Of a stretch of DNA of 64,000 nt, positions 1 to 13,672 are shown piece after piece; the first letter of the stretch is position 1; every line of letters starts with the position of its first letter. The notes beneath the pieces are model-generated. The model was not told the DNA's origin, made no database searches, and saw only the letters and a program-made list of their open reading frames with translations. The DNA is from Callorhinchus milii (lineage: Eukaryota), in NCBI RefSeq assembly GCF_018977255.1, contig NW_024704742.1:34040001-34104000 (forward strand). Reading direction: 5' to 3'. A program made the translations under genes and the position numbers.

Positions 1-1719
1 ACATTAATGTACAATTTTAAATTTAAAGACAATATGATCCTACACCTTAAAACTGAGTGAAATTTAGCGCTTAATACATATATTTGACTGCTAGTAATAT
101 CAAATAACCCCTTGCTTTAGTTATGTTTCATCTTCAACATATTTTTAGTACTTTTACATCCATGACCATTTCCCCCACTTATTCATTACACAACACAACA
201 TAATCCTTTTTTTGTATCTCAAGTGCATATCCGCTCAGAAGATCATGACTATATACAAGCACCACATTGTGGGAGTTGCTGTCCTTTGGATGAGACATTA
301 AACTGATGTTCGCTCTGCCTTCAATATTAAAGTGGATATTAAAATTGCAGGGCATTGTTTAAAAAGAGGAGGGAGTTACTCTCAGTAAGTATCCTGTAAG
401 TAAACTGCTCATTCACCTCCTGGCTGTTTGTGGGCCATTTGATATGAATTTGTATTTATGGGATGTTGTATTGAAGAATCCTATTAATAAATATAGCAGA
501 CAGCTTCCAATATTTACAAAATAGTATGAATCAGGGAGAATTTTGTTTCTCCTGGTGTCCTGGCAAATAACCATGTAGATAAACTGATCAATTTGGGTTC
601 CTAAAGTCACAATATAATCTCCTGAGGGAGGTGACAGAATACTGATACAGATAGACAATCGAAGATAATAAACCTATGTGTAAAATTTCTGTTCCGCCTC
701 CATATAATCTTGTGAAAATATTTAAGGGGAAAGAAAGTTTTGTCAGCGGGTGCTCTGTTAAAGTGACTTACACCCTAGCTGTATCACAGAAAGACAACCT
801 AAAACAATTACACTTAAAACAGAATATTCTCGACAGTTCAGGATCCCTGGGACTCAGCACCTCCTCTTTGCCTAGGTGGCTTTGTAATGTCAGTGTCAGG
901 AGGAATCATGTGCATCAAACAGTGCTTCCACTTACATTAATGGGGACAGATCAACTGCAGAGCAGCCTGGGAGCTGTCTGGCTGCTCAAAGCAGATTACC
1001 AATTGGGTATTATTGCCGAATACACAGCCTTTTCCATTTATCATCACTCCCAGCTTTCTTTTGCCAAGTCAGTTTTACAGCTGGCGAACTAATTTGCTAA
1101 TATCATTTCCAGGAGGCTCATGCAGACAAAAACAGGGCAGGGTGCACTGTAATGTCTTGGAACATGAAATTAAATAAGGCACCATGATGTTTTCATGGCA
1201 AATGTCAACTGCTTCCTACATAATGGCCCAGAACCACATGATAGCATTAAAAAAGACATCTAATGCATAACTTTTTGTGTTCAATGTTATTACAATTATA
1301 TGTTTACTGAATGGATCGATCTTGATGACCTACATTTAAGATTTATACCAGCAGCCCTAATTTGAGATGGGCTGCTTATTTGGGGGTAAGATGAACATTG
1401 TGAACCACAAGCAATGTGTAATGCACCAAACCTTGTTATAGAATAAAAACAAAATAATTTTTTTCGAAGAATCTGAGGATCTGAAATTCCTCTGTGAATG
1501 TCAGTGAAAATTCAGTCTTGTATAAACAGGGCAGAACATTGCCTGATGGTGCTAACAACTTGCTTAGCTCTATTGCACTGAACATGTTGCCATCTTGTTG
1601 AAGGCCAATAAGAAGGAATCTGTGTAAATTCCACAGCAGAGAAGGTACATCAAAAAAGCCAGTGTTTAGTCGTAGGTTAAATTTAGAATGTTTACAATAC
1701 AAAGTAGGCCACTCCAAGA

Positions 1720-2030
1720 TAACTTACCCAATCCCATTCCTCTGCTCTTTCCCTATTCTATTTTGCAATATTTTTCCCAATTCACTTTTAAATGCTGTGA
1801 TGGAGTTGGGTTCACTTGTCACTTGTGGTATGGAATGCTATAGCCTTAATAGACTTCTGTGTAACAACATATCTTCTACCCTTCTCCTTTTCTTCTGGTA
1901 ATAATCTTTAATTGAAGTTCCCTTGGTATAGACTCTCTGATCAATGGATATAATCTTTTCCAATTTACGTTATCAAAACTATTTTGCAAATCTCTATTGA
2001 ATTACTACCTTAACCTTCTCTGTTGCAACA
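1720..2030 (-). mobile_element. CR1 LINE ORF2 C-terminal/3' remnant
   Basis: Minus strand reads QRRLRGNSIEICKI..., resembling the CR1 ORF2 end motif (RRLRGDLIEVYKI...FPL...TRGH). Degraded. Confidence 0.6.
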
Positions 2031-3404
2031 TCTACCATATGCAGTGATGCAACTGACACGGGGCCTGAAACAACAACAATAACTTGGACTTAAATAGTGC
2101 CCACTCATGTGCATAGCGTCTAGGACAAACTGCATGATTTCAAGAAAAGCACAAAAGTATTTGTGTAAAGGACATGAAGGAATGAGTTTTAAAATGTGAG
2201 TGAGGCTAATGGCTCATGGGGCATCTCTCCAACTTACATTTTAAATGTTAATATTGAAGTTGTAAATTATGCTTGCTGGAAATCTGTCATGGTAAAGGAA
2301 TGTCAGCAAAATTTTGTGAGGGTAGTAATAAATGTGAAAATAACAGTTTTTTACAAATTAAAATGAACGTGATTCTGCATTCCATTGCTGGATCAGCAGC
2401 CGTTTTGCATTTATCAATCTAAAGCAGATCATTCAGTACTTTAGCTGTTTGAAGTACTCAGCATTAAGGTGTTGAAGATTAACTCCAAAAGAATTGTAAA
2501 TCTCGCACTTAAAACTCCAATTTTATTATTATGACTTCAGAAAGTTTATTATGTGGGCTTTTTGCCAGTGTTTAACAAATTGAAGAAACAAGGACCATTA
2601 TAATTTCAAAAATGTTCCTCAACAGTTATTTTTCTCAGATCTAAAACAATATTGACGTGTATCCACAACATTCAGATCTATGCATCTTTCTCTTTTCATT
2701 AAGTTTGAAGACCTGTTGTTGCAAATCCATCTTTTTTCCCAAGTGAAAGCTGGAGCTACTATCCATGGAAATATATCAGCAATGGTCTATTGTTCTCATC
2801 TCTGGGAACTGGATTCATTTAAAAAGCACATCCAGAGGCCAATGTCCTTGCTTTCCTTGGCCACAAAGCATTGCTTTTGTCGGCTCTTGGGAAATGTTAC
2901 CACATATGTTGACAATCTTGCAAACTGAATTCACTGTTTCACAAATCCAATATCTGTCCGTTTGTTAGTGGCACTGTGTGCCTGGAGGGGCTTTCATTGG
3001 ATTCATGCCTCAAAGTTTCTGAGACAGCGGTAGTCTCTTGTAAGGTTAGTTTTCTGTTGTTTATCCCTGTGGGTGTTTACTGCAGCACTAATCCAACCAG
3101 ATCAGCATCCCACTGAGGTACAACTTACTATATTAACAACTTGTATTTTCACTAGGATTTCCAGCTGGGTTACAGCAATTGGGTCCTGAAGGAGCTTACA
3201 AAGCCATTCATTCATCCCACAGGGGCAGTGACAGTTCCCAGGGCTACTTTTTTCCCTGGGTTTGTGATTTTTCTTTCTATAATCTGGCAGTACAACAGTG
3301 TATTTTGAGATAGGAGTTGAATTTATTTCTAGGTATTTACTTATTTGTGGTATAATTTTGGGGAGAAGGTAACAAATGCACAGGACCACAATCTTACAAA
3401 CTTT

Positions 3405-3890
3405 GAGATGCAGGAATTGTGTCACAGGAGGGTACCGATGCTATAGCCCTGTCCAAAAGGAGGAAGAGAATAGACTGGGAATTATAGGCCAATTAGTCTA
3501 ACCTCAGTTGTGGGTCAACTTTTGGAGATCTTAATATGGCATGGAATCGGTGAACACTTAGAAAGGCAGGGATTGATTTGCGAGAGAAGGCATTGATTTG
3601 AAAAAGACAGGTCAAGCTTGAATAATTTAGTTGAATTTTTTGAGAGGGTCACTGAGTGTAAAGATACTTGTAAAGAGAATGAAGTTTATAAAGTGTCACA
3701 TACAAGGCTGGGTGAGGCATACGGTAATAAAGGTAAATTGATGGCATGACAGAAGGTTGACTCAGGCATAGAAGAAAGAGGATAGGGCGAAATGGTTGAT
3801 TGTCAGATTAGCTGGATACAGTTAGCGGCTCAGGGATCGTATTGGGACCGCTACAGTTTTCCATCTGTATTAATGATTTTGAAATAGACA
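3405..3890 (+). mobile_element. CR1 LINE reverse transcriptase remnant
   Basis: Encodes GNYRPISLTSVVGQLLE (~3478-3530) and QGSxLGPLQFSICINDF (~3830-3880), typical CR1 RT motifs. Contains frameshifts and deletions. Confidence 0.85.
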
Positions 3891-4062
3891 GAGAGGAAAC
3901 AATGGTCCTAATAAGTAATTTAAATGTAGTAAATTATAATATAAATAACAAACATATCCAGAGGGCAGAACTCAAACACCCTCTCCCCACACCCTCTCCT
4001 CCCTCCCACCCACCACCACCAACTATTCTTAATGCGGAAACCTATTACTATGCTTAAGAGTA

Positions 4063-4262
4063 TCCAAACCAGACTGAGAGTTCCTTACATATATATACAA
4101 GCTACAGATGGAAAACTATCTGTGTCTGGAATGGAATGCGCACTCTCTCCCTGGAGGCATGCATCCTGCTTACCTAATTGTGGAGAGTATTAAGTACACG
4201 TTGGCAAGAACCAAAGCTTGGGGACCTAGTGAGCATTGGAATATTGCTGAAGTTTAACTGAA
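4063..4262 (+). repeat. Unclassified dispersed repeat family X, fragment
   Basis: Aligns by eye to 34083-34285, e.g. gttggcaagaaccaaagcttggggacc vs gttggcaagagccaaggcctggggacc. Confidence 0.75.
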
Positions 4263-4611
4263 TTTCCTCATCAGCTATTTGATGGACATCTTCCTTCAGC
4301 ATAGTGGTAGGAACTTTACAGGAAAGCTTGTGATGTGTCCTTAATGTTCCAGAGGTCCAAGTTCAATATTGCTTAGCAGGTTTACTCAGCACCACTGCTT
4401 GATCCAATCTTCATGTGAGGGCCTTTGGCAAATAGAAATGCTGACCATGAAGCCAGGATGATGATCGACCGGTCAGTGTAGCATGGAGACCTCCCTCCTT
4501 GCTGCGACTCTCCAAAGGGTGGGGGGGAGGTCTCATAATGAACTTCAAAATTCTGAACGTTTTTGAAAAGATAAAGAGTGAAAATTTATTTTCGCTGCTT
4601 GGTAAATTCAT

Positions 4612-4872
4612 AAAACTAGAGGCATAAACCCTGGAGTTTCACTGTTAGCGTTAAGTGGGAGGTCAGAAGAAAGGTTTTGACATGGAGGGTTGTTGGAACA
4701 TGGAATGCCACAAATAGATTTTGAGGCTGAAATCATATCAACATTTAAAGGGAATCGGAGGTATGGAGAGGAAGAAGGAAATTGGGTAGTTAGCTCAAAT
4801 GGAGGAGTTGGCATCACACAGCCTTGATGGATCTGTTCGCCTCTTTCTGTGCTGTAATTTCTATCATTCTAT
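4612..4872 (+). mobile_element. CR1 LINE 3' end remnant
   Basis: TRGH-like aaaactagaggcata, RVVGTWN-like agggttgttggaacatggaat, and a terminal cctctttctgtgctgtaatttctatcattcta typical of fish/shark CR1 3' ends. Confidence 0.7.
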
Positions 4873-5164
4873 TCCCGAAGGAGACTTTATATTAAGTTGG
4901 ATTCCTTCTTGTATAGCTGAGGAATCAAATGATTCAATCTGAAATGGCAAATAGTCTTCACTAAAGTGAATATATATTCTTTAAAGTATCTTTTGCTTAT
5001 TCAAAATTCACAAATTGCCATTGCAATCACTGAGAATAAGATCAAAATGATGGACAAGGCTACAATTCAGCAAGTTCCAAGATCACATTCAAGAGTGACA
5101 TTTGAATGGATTGAATTGAATTCCCATATTATAATACTAACTAGGTTAGCATCTTATTAGGTTG

Positions 5165-5440
5165 TCAAAATGTCTCAGAGCACTCCACAGGATTTTACTG
5201 TCAAGTGTAGTGATTGTGTAATTTGTAGACATACAGCAATCCACAGCAGTGTCCCACAGTCAGCCATGAAGTGAATAACAAATTTTATCTGAAGTATTAC
5301 TGAACAGGAGACCGGGAGAAACTTCCTTGTCTTTTTGAGTAATGCCATAGGATCTTTAACGCCTACCTGAACAGGAAAACAGGATTTGGATTTAACGTCT
5401 CATCCCCTGCCAATGCAGCAGTCCTCCATGACTGCACTGG
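5165..5440 (-). mobile_element. DeuSINE-type SINE, old partial copy
   Basis: Reverse complement of the central block (gatgagacgttaaa...caggtggacgttaaagatcccatggca) shared by many copies in this window. Confidence 0.7.
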
Positions 5441-7340
5441 ATGCTGAAACATTAAATTGCTACTTTAACTTCACTGTCAGAGATTTGTTGTTGACAATGT
5501 AATAAATATTGACTTTCCGTTTCATTCAGTTCAGTGCTGCAAGCATGTACTGTACCATTCTTTTCGATAATTTAGCTCATTTGCAAAGAAGAACAACTTC
5601 ATATACTGAACAAAGATATAAAATCTCTGACGAATTAATCCTTGGATTTTTCACTTGAACCAATGTGCTATCCTTTCTGCACCAAGAAATTTATAATAAG
5701 GTGGCCGAATTTATTTACAAGACTTTCAAAAAATGTTAACACAAAATGCACAAGATGGCCAAAATAACCTGCAAGCCTCAGATAATTAAAAGGGCATTAA
5801 CAGTGTCTAAGAAGATAGATTACAAGGTAAACAAACAAATGATGCACGCTGATGTTTTCTGAGCCCTAGTTGTCATTGCATAACTGATCACACATGTCAG
5901 GTTGTTTTTTCTTCACATGAAATTTATTAGCAATTTAATTGCCATTGCAATCACTAAGGATAAGATCAGGCTGAAGTTGAAAGAACAATCCCTCGCAGGT
6001 GGTCTTTGAGCCTCAGTTAGAGTGAGGGAGCCTCATTTGTAAGGGAGCTAAATTTAGTGTCACATATTGAGGACTAATAACTGCTCCCTGGGAAAATGGC
6101 ATTGTAAATGGTGCCTCACCTTGTGAATGAAAGAGTGCCTCAGGATGTGTAGTGCGTCTTTGCAGCATGAATGTCATGCTGACTAGTGAGACGTTGATGT
6201 GGGTTAGTGTAATATAGATGTGTGATATAGTGTAATATATATATATAATTCTCTCCCTTGTCGGGAGGGACTTTACATTCTGCGAACTTTTAATGGCACA
6301 AAGGCAGCATTTACACATTTTCACAACATTCAGGTCAAAATTACAAATCATGAAAGGAATTGTAAACAACAATTGCCAGATATGTTGCACCTACCCTGTG
6401 GGGGGGACCCTCTGCTCAGATGCCGATTTCATGGAATTTGGAACTGAGATTAACATCCAAGAGAAGCTCCAGAGGTTTTGGGCCACAAAACATCTGGGAT
6501 TGACTAGTTGTAAATTCCTTTGCAACTCCCATAATTTAAACTCCACTGTCAAATTGTAGAACATTTGGCCATCTTCTCTGCATGATACATACTATTCTTG
6601 TTTCACTGACTAAGCTCTTGCCCACAAGCAATGCCCTTCCAAAGATATTCTCATTTATTGGTTTGCCGAGGGGCTGTTAAATTAACTCACAATCACAACC
6701 ATTCATTGGTACCCAGAGGAATTCTCCAACTGACAAATGCTGTTAGAAGGAAAAAAAGTGAAAATTTCTAAAATATTCAACAAATGAAACCCACAACTGT
6801 CTAGAATCATAGCTAATCAAGCTTACCATGTTTGTGCCTTGCACAAATTGTGACTGGAGCCATGTAAAACCACAAATCACTGGAGTTCCAGTCAAATCCT
6901 GGCTTGGATGTTTTGTGGATATATATGACCTCAGTGAAGAAAATATATAATATGGGTATAAATTGTGATAACTTTATGTTCTGGTTGAACAGAATATTGG
7001 TCTGTTCTCTATCACTAAAATACTGCACTAGAACACCCTTAAACTCACTGGAATAGTTGTGAGTGATTAATTATACACAATCTATTTTGATAATGGGATA
7101 GGAATTATTTTTTGTAAAAGTAAAATGTTTAATTTCCAGACCCATGCAACAGGATGCTTTTCCATACATATATACATTTGTTTCTTAAATTCTTTGACAC
7201 TTTAGAATTTGATCCAGAAGATTGTAATTGTATCAAAGTTGATGTTTTTGTCAAAGGAGTTTTGTTATTTTGTAGAAAGCATCTTGTGTTTGCCTACAAA
7301 TATATGGTCACTACACTTAAAATCCTCTGAAGGCTTGAGA

Positions 7341-7669
7341 TAATAATAATAATAATCCTTGCATTTGATATAGCGCTTTTCACGTCGGGAGGACGTCCCA
7401 AAGCGCTTCACAGAACACACTGTAAAGTGAATTGACTGTATATTTGTGGGCGAACGCGGCAGCCAATTGCGCACAGCAATGTCCCACAAACAGTCGTAGA
7501 TTGAAAATGACCAATTTTTTTTATTATTGTTTTTTTTTGGTTTTGGAGGGATTATTATTGGGCCTGTGGAGTAAGGAAACTTGCCCAAGGTTTCGCCCTC
7601 TGCCTGGAATTGAACTCAGGTCTCTCACTTGCAAAGCGAGTGCTCTAACCACTGAGCTACAGGACTCCA
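7341..7669 (-). mobile_element. Young tRNA-Ala-headed SINE, short subfamily, full length
   Basis: Near-identical reverse complement of 35733-36052. Has A/B boxes and an (ATT)n tail. Inserted within an older plus-strand SINE 3' end (7280-7340 resumes at 7670-7730). Confidence 0.95.
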
Positions 7670-8424
7670 GATGTCTCAATGACGTGAAAAGGGTCTATAC
7701 CAAATGCAAGGATTGTTTATTTATTATTATTTGCAGAACATTTGATCAGATTTACATTAACTAGACAGAAACCAGCAATACCACGATTGACAGTATGATG
7801 ATATTATCATCCCATCTGGTCATGGCTTATCAGTCAAATGTTACGTTACAATACAATATTTGCATTGCAGCAGATCCAAATGCTACTATCATGAAGGTTG
7901 CTATATGAATGCAAGCTGTTGTTGTTGATGTTGTACTGCAGAAGAAATGGAATAAAGATATTTCTTTATTGTGATCAAGACTCAGCGCACCAGCTCCTTC
8001 TCTACTTGCCTACAATTACATGATCACCGCACTTGACAGCAATCACATCAGAAGCATCTTTTAGATATTTCAATATGGGAGGCACTATGCCAAATGCAAG
8101 GATATTATTATAACTCTTTCTGAATAACTTAAGACTTTGGAGCACTTTACCTTTGCTTGTCCTTCAACCTACAATTTTCAGGCCCAAAGCCCAAACCTGG
8201 CATCATATAACATAACTATGACTACTTGACTGCTCTTGTTATCTCTGCTTCTCTTTTTAACCTTGCTGATGTCCTAGACTATGAAGTTCTTACCTGCTGC
8301 AGTGAAATATCTGGATGGCGTTTAATCAGCTAAATCTATATAGCTTGCCATTAAGAGCACTATTGCCCATTAGGACATTACCTTAGAGGATTATCAGGTG
8401 CAAAGTGCGAAATCCATGTTCCTA

Positions 8425-8620
8425 GTAACCCATCTGTCTCTCCAAGTCCTGCTGATACCACAGATGGATGGTCTGTTGTGAGCATGTCCTGAATACCGAA
8501 GATCTGCCTGCCTCAAGAATTAGGTTACCGAGACCAAGAGGGATGACTTGATTCTGACATTCTGTTGCCAAACACGTCACCTTGGAGCCTGTTCAGCTCC
8601 ATGGAAATGCCACTTACCTT
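8425..8620 (+). repeat. Unclassified dispersed repeat family X, fragment
   Basis: Aligns to 34420-34610, e.g. gaataccgaagatctgcctgcctcaagaa vs gaataccgcagatctacctggctcaggaa, and ccttggagcctgttcagctcca vs ccttggtgcctgtacagctcca. Confidence 0.75.
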
Positions 8621-8631
8621 TTCCCCAATGA

Positions 8632-9042
8632 GGATCTTTCAGATGAAAAATTAAACAAGTCCCATCTGCCTATTCAGGTGGATGTAAAGATCCCACAACA
8701 CTATTCAAAACAATATAAATTTACATTTATAAAGCGATTTGAGATGAGACACTGAGCTACTGTTCCATCTGCCTGTTTAGATGGACGTTAAAGATCCCAT
8801 CGAATGACTCAAAAAGAGAAGAGAGTTAGTTTCTCCCAGTGTTCTGGCCAACAATCCCCCAAATAAAATTGATCATTCACTACATGGTTGTTTGTGGGAC
8901 GTTGCCTGTGTACAAATTGACTGCCATGTTCATTCCCAAAATACATAGTCACTAGACTTTACAGTATATCCTGTGAAGCCCTTTGAGACATTTCAACATT
9001 TATAGATGCTATAGCAAATGTAAGGATTATCATTATTATTAT
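8632..9042 (+). mobile_element. DeuSINE-type SINE fragments (two adjacent, second with tail)
   Basis: Two copies of the ccatctgcctgttcaggtggatgttaaagatccca block. The second continues to aaatgtaaggattatcattatt. Confidence 0.8.
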
Positions 9043-10332
9043 ATTGCATTCTCTCATATGCAAGGATTATTATATATGGGTGCTATCTGATTGGAAGGAA
9101 GCAGAACAACAACAACAACTTGCATTTATATGGCGCCCTTTATGCGGGGTAGTGTCCCGGAGCACTTATAGAAGAAAAAAAGATAAGCCCTTATTTTAAC
9201 TTTAAAATAAATAAAGAAAAACTGACATATATTAGAAAAAAACTAACAATTTAAAGTCAGGCTAGGCTATGGAGATAGTCATTCATTTGACCTGCTGATA
9301 ATATAGTATATATCTTAAAATGCAGGCTTCATCTGGATCCATGGGGTTATCTGAAACTCAAGATAAAGGACTATGGCCTGTTAAGTGGAAGCTAGTCTGG
9401 TTTGCACATTCACACAGAATCTAAAATTACAAATGACAGGAGATTGTCTACTGTAATGAATGACCATTTTAGGTTCACTACCTACCTGACATAAGCTATA
9501 AATACCAAAATGCTTTTCTGCAGTAATTCCAGATGTTAGTACCTTGACAAAACATATGTATAAAATGCAGACAAAGTCTTGACTTTATACTTATTTCTCA
9601 CAATGTGTGTTTCCTGCACTGAATATGGACATTACAATTTTACAAAGGGAAGCCAATGCACCAGAAAAATACCAACAGAATCCAAATTAGGCCTCAAAAT
9701 AAATACTATGAGAAATTAGTATAGGTTTTTTTCAGTGAATTGGAGCCCAATCTGCCAAGTGCTGCCCATTGCAGTGTAACATGGAAAAAGGAAAATTGAG
9801 CAATCCACTTGTGTTCGTGGTAGTTTAGCTCTCTCTTAACGCTCACTTGACTGCCTTCGGGAATCTTCCCATATAGAGAAATTTTCCAAAAAGTTTTTTT
9901 TTTCCCTGATTGGCCATGGTGTTTGTTGGTTATCCGTGTTTTTTCACCTCTTTTATGGAGGTGGCACCAGGACAAATCTGTAAGTGAATATTGTGAGGTT
10001 GGTGAGGACGTTTCTCCTGGAAGTGGACTTGATAAATCTCTGGGGGGGTTTTCACTCCTTTCAATCCATATACGTATCAATGTATTGTTTCTCTTGGGCC
10101 AAGAGATTTCCCTTTCCAAAACTTTTGAGTTCCTATGATTACTATACAGGTTAATTAAAATATATTTTGAGCATGGAGACTTACATTAACGTATACTAAT
10201 AATAGTTGTTGCATTTGATATAGAGCCTTGCATGTCAAGAGGATGTCTCAAAGTGTTTCACAGGATTTGCCGTAAAATGTAGCGATTGTGTATTTTGTAG
10301 GTGAGCATTAGATGAGCAAACAATTTGTCATA

Positions 10333-10702
10333 GTGGAGTCCTGTAGCTCAGTGGTTGGAGCACTCGCCTGCAAGCGAGAGACCTGGGTTCAATTCCCGGC
10401 AGGGCGAAATGTTGGGCAAGTTTCCTTACTCCACGTGCTTCTGTTTACCTAGCAGTAAGTAGGAACCTGGTTCTTAGTTGATTGGTGGATCACTTTTCCG
10501 GGGTAATAATTCCTTAAAAAATAATAAAAATAAATTGGTCACTTCAATCCACGACTGTTTGTGGGACACTGCTGTGCGCAATTGGCTGCCGCGTTTTGTC
10601 CACAAAATATAGTCAATTCACTCTACAGTATATACTATGAAGCACTTTGAGACGTCTCGAAGACGTGATAAGGTGCTATATTAAATGCAAGGATTATTAT
10701 TA
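10333..10702 (+). mobile_element. Young tRNA-Ala-headed SINE, long subfamily, full length
   Basis: gtggagtcctgtagctcagtgg head, B box gggttcaattcc, CORE-like block, Deu-like 3' block and (ATT)n tail. Confidence 0.95.
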
Positions 10703-13237
10703 TATATATTAAAGAGACTTTCTTACATGAAAGGTGGAATTGAGCAGGGAGCATAAATGAGAGAGAAAAAAAACATTTATTGTATATCGCACATAAGTGT
10801 TACAAAGCATAATTCGCAGTAACACAATTGCAGGGTGCAGTGCAATGGTATCCATATTATAGTTCAGTACAGTTTTTCACAGGCTTTGTCTCGCTGATAG
10901 TAATGCACGTTCCTGAAAGGCTTTGTGTTGTTCACACCCTGGTGACCCCATGAGATCTTCAAGTTTTACCAGAAGGACTCTTCCCTCCCAGGCTGCTTCT
11001 GGGCTCTTCAGACCACAATGTAAACAGTAATGCTAACATATTGAACAGATTGGAAGAGAGCCAAAGATAAGGGCAGTGCTATGTAAAGAGGACCTTGCAG
11101 TCTTTTTCCTTTTTTTGTCAGTGGGGCCGGGGGTGTTGGGTGTATGCTTGGATTCAAGCTTCAATGTTACTTGAAAGTCTAAGTGCTATCAGTCTGTCTG
11201 GGAAATATCTGTCAGAGCATGTTCTGTTGCCAGAAAGTCTTTTGCTTCTGTCATCAGTTAAAGAACCTCGCATCTGTCTGAATGAGTAATAAGTCAATGG
11301 AGATGCTGGAGCAGATCACTGGAGATATGGGACATTATGAATCACGTTTCTCCTGCAATCTTCAGACTGGAGTTTGTGTGTATGCGTGTCTGTGTGCGTG
11401 TGTTTGGATTACAGCTGGAATGCTAAAAGTTTAAGCATTCTGAGTGAAAAGGTTTCTCCTGTGACCTTCAGTCTGATTTTGCAAAGTAAATAGGAACACT
11501 TCCGCAATACACGAGACATGTTAGGGAATGTGTTTTAGGTTTATAATAACATAATGATAATCCTTACATTTGATACAGCATCTCACAATCTTTTACAAGG
11601 AACTGACATCAAATGTAGTGATGGTATCTGTAGATGAATATGGCGGTCAATTTTCGCACAACATTGTAGCTGGATATATATGTGTAAAGCTATGTGAAGT
11701 CAAGAACCGTGAAGTTAATGATCAATACCTGGAGAATTGTTGGACAGGACATGGTACGAAACTCTCTTTTCATAGTTTCATGGGATTTTTAATATCCACC
11801 TGAAGAGGCAGACCAGACCTTGACATCTTAACGTTTTAGCAGGAGGACGGCAAGATGGAGTATGAATTTGTCTAGCACTGATCAATAAAAAGAATCCTTA
11901 TATTTGATATAGCACCTTATCATGTTGTCTAGATGTTTCAAAGTGCCTCACAAAATTTACTGTGAAGGGCAATGATGGTTTATTTGTAGGTCGGTGTGAC
12001 TCCACAAGCAGTCATGAAAAGAATGGCCAATTTTATCTCAAGGATTTTTGGCCAGGATGCATTGTTATTCATGTTTCTCTTCCCAGTTATACTGCACAAT
12101 GTGGAGTATTGCTGGAGAGAAGCAAATGACAGATAGAGGGGAGACTGAGTTAGATTGTAAACGTTTAGTGTTGAATTTTTGAATTTTCCATAATTCAAGG
12201 AAATGAAAACACTTTGTATTATTCCAATTTCCGTGCTGTGATGAAGCACAATTTCATTGTGGGGATTTGTTTTAAAATTAATATATTTTGTGACAAAAAC
12301 TTTAAAATATAAGTAAAAAAATCACAGGGAGTGAAGTGATTTCATATATTTCAAAAGTTCTTTCTACTATTGTCAGAGCTTTATGGATATACATTTCATA
12401 GAAGAGAAGACAAGTGAAAGATTACTCAGCATTGTACTTTGTGCTTGTTCACAAATGGTGCAAGTGGGTCAGATCAATCCAATAAGACAGAGGCCATAAA
12501 ATCCACTGCGGTGTACAGTGCAGTATTTGCTAAATCCTAACAAGTGTGCTCAGTTTAGCACTGCATAGGTCTTATTTGAGCTGAGATCTTATGGTAAATG
12601 CCAAAGTACTGCCATGGGAATCTGGACTAAATTTATAGTTACAAAAGTGACCAGAGCAGGTGTGTTGATATTGAAGATGGTAATGATTATAAATTTCATT
12701 TCACTGTTTGCTTTCCATAAATATCCCTTTAAGTAAGCCATCCCCTTTTATGTCTGGGGATCCTCACAGTCTCCTGACACAAATACATACAAGCATTTTG
12801 CTTTCCACTCTATCTTTGACTGAGAGTTTACATAAAGGTCACAAGGGAGGCATGTCTATCTACCCCTGTGGCCCGTGGTCTGGTAAACATTTATGGAACC
12901 TGATGGAAGCTTGCAAGGTTTTATAGTGGGTAGAATGTAGGGTAGCTTGCTGTAAGCCTTGCATTTATTACTGCAGAAATGCTTTTCCCTTCTCCATGTT
13001 GTACAAGGATGTATAATACAGGTAATTAAATAACAGCAGCAGCTCGCTCACATAGCTTTGCACACATATATCCAGCTAACCTTTTTGATGCCACATTTTT
13101 TAACTCTTACAATGGGTTCAGAAAGAAACAAGCCCTGCATAGTCACGAGCTGACATTGTGCACTTTTGACATCTCTTCAACGTGCAATTGACAAACATTA
13201 AGTAACTATTATATCTAACAAATTATCCCTGAAACAG

Positions 13238-13672
13238 ATAATAATAATCCTTGCATTTGATATCTCCTTATCACGTTTTCGAGATGTCTAAATGTGTTTC
13301 ACAGGATTTTATAGTGTAGTTCAGGGACTGTGTATTTGTAGGCAAATGAGGCTGCCAATTTGTGCACGGCAGTGTCCACAAACAGCCATGAAGTGAGTGA
13401 CCAATTTTATTTGGTGTATTGTCAGAAACTCCCTTTTCTTTTTGAATAATTCTGTGGGATCTTTAGTTAATATCCATTTGAAAAAGCACGGATAGGATCA
13501 AGGCTTAACACCTTGTCCAAAAAGATGGTTCCTATGAAAATTCAGTGCACCTCCAGCACTGGATTATTGGATTGTCAACATAGATTATGAGTTCCAAGTC
13601 CTGATGTGGAGCTTGAACTCACAGTCTTCTGACTCAGAGATGAGAGTGCTACCAACCGAACCAAGCTGACAC
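13238..13672 (-). mobile_element. DeuSINE-type SINE, near full length
   Basis: Minus strand begins gtgtcagcttggttcggttggtagcactctcatctctgagtcagaag (tRNA-like head), has the Deu-like body, and ends in caaatgcaaggattattatt. Confidence 0.85.

Noticed and set aside
676..1092. 138-aa ORF
   Set aside because: No recognisable family or clear exon structure. The region looks more like regulatory DNA.
3130..3270. Good-looking plus-strand splice acceptor (ttgtattttcactag) followed by open frames
   Set aside because: No convincing donor, the peptides are not recognised, and there are no partner exons.
9706..10119. 137-aa minus-strand ORF as an exon
   Set aside because: No recognisable domain, non-ATG start and a weak acceptor. 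Consistent with chance.
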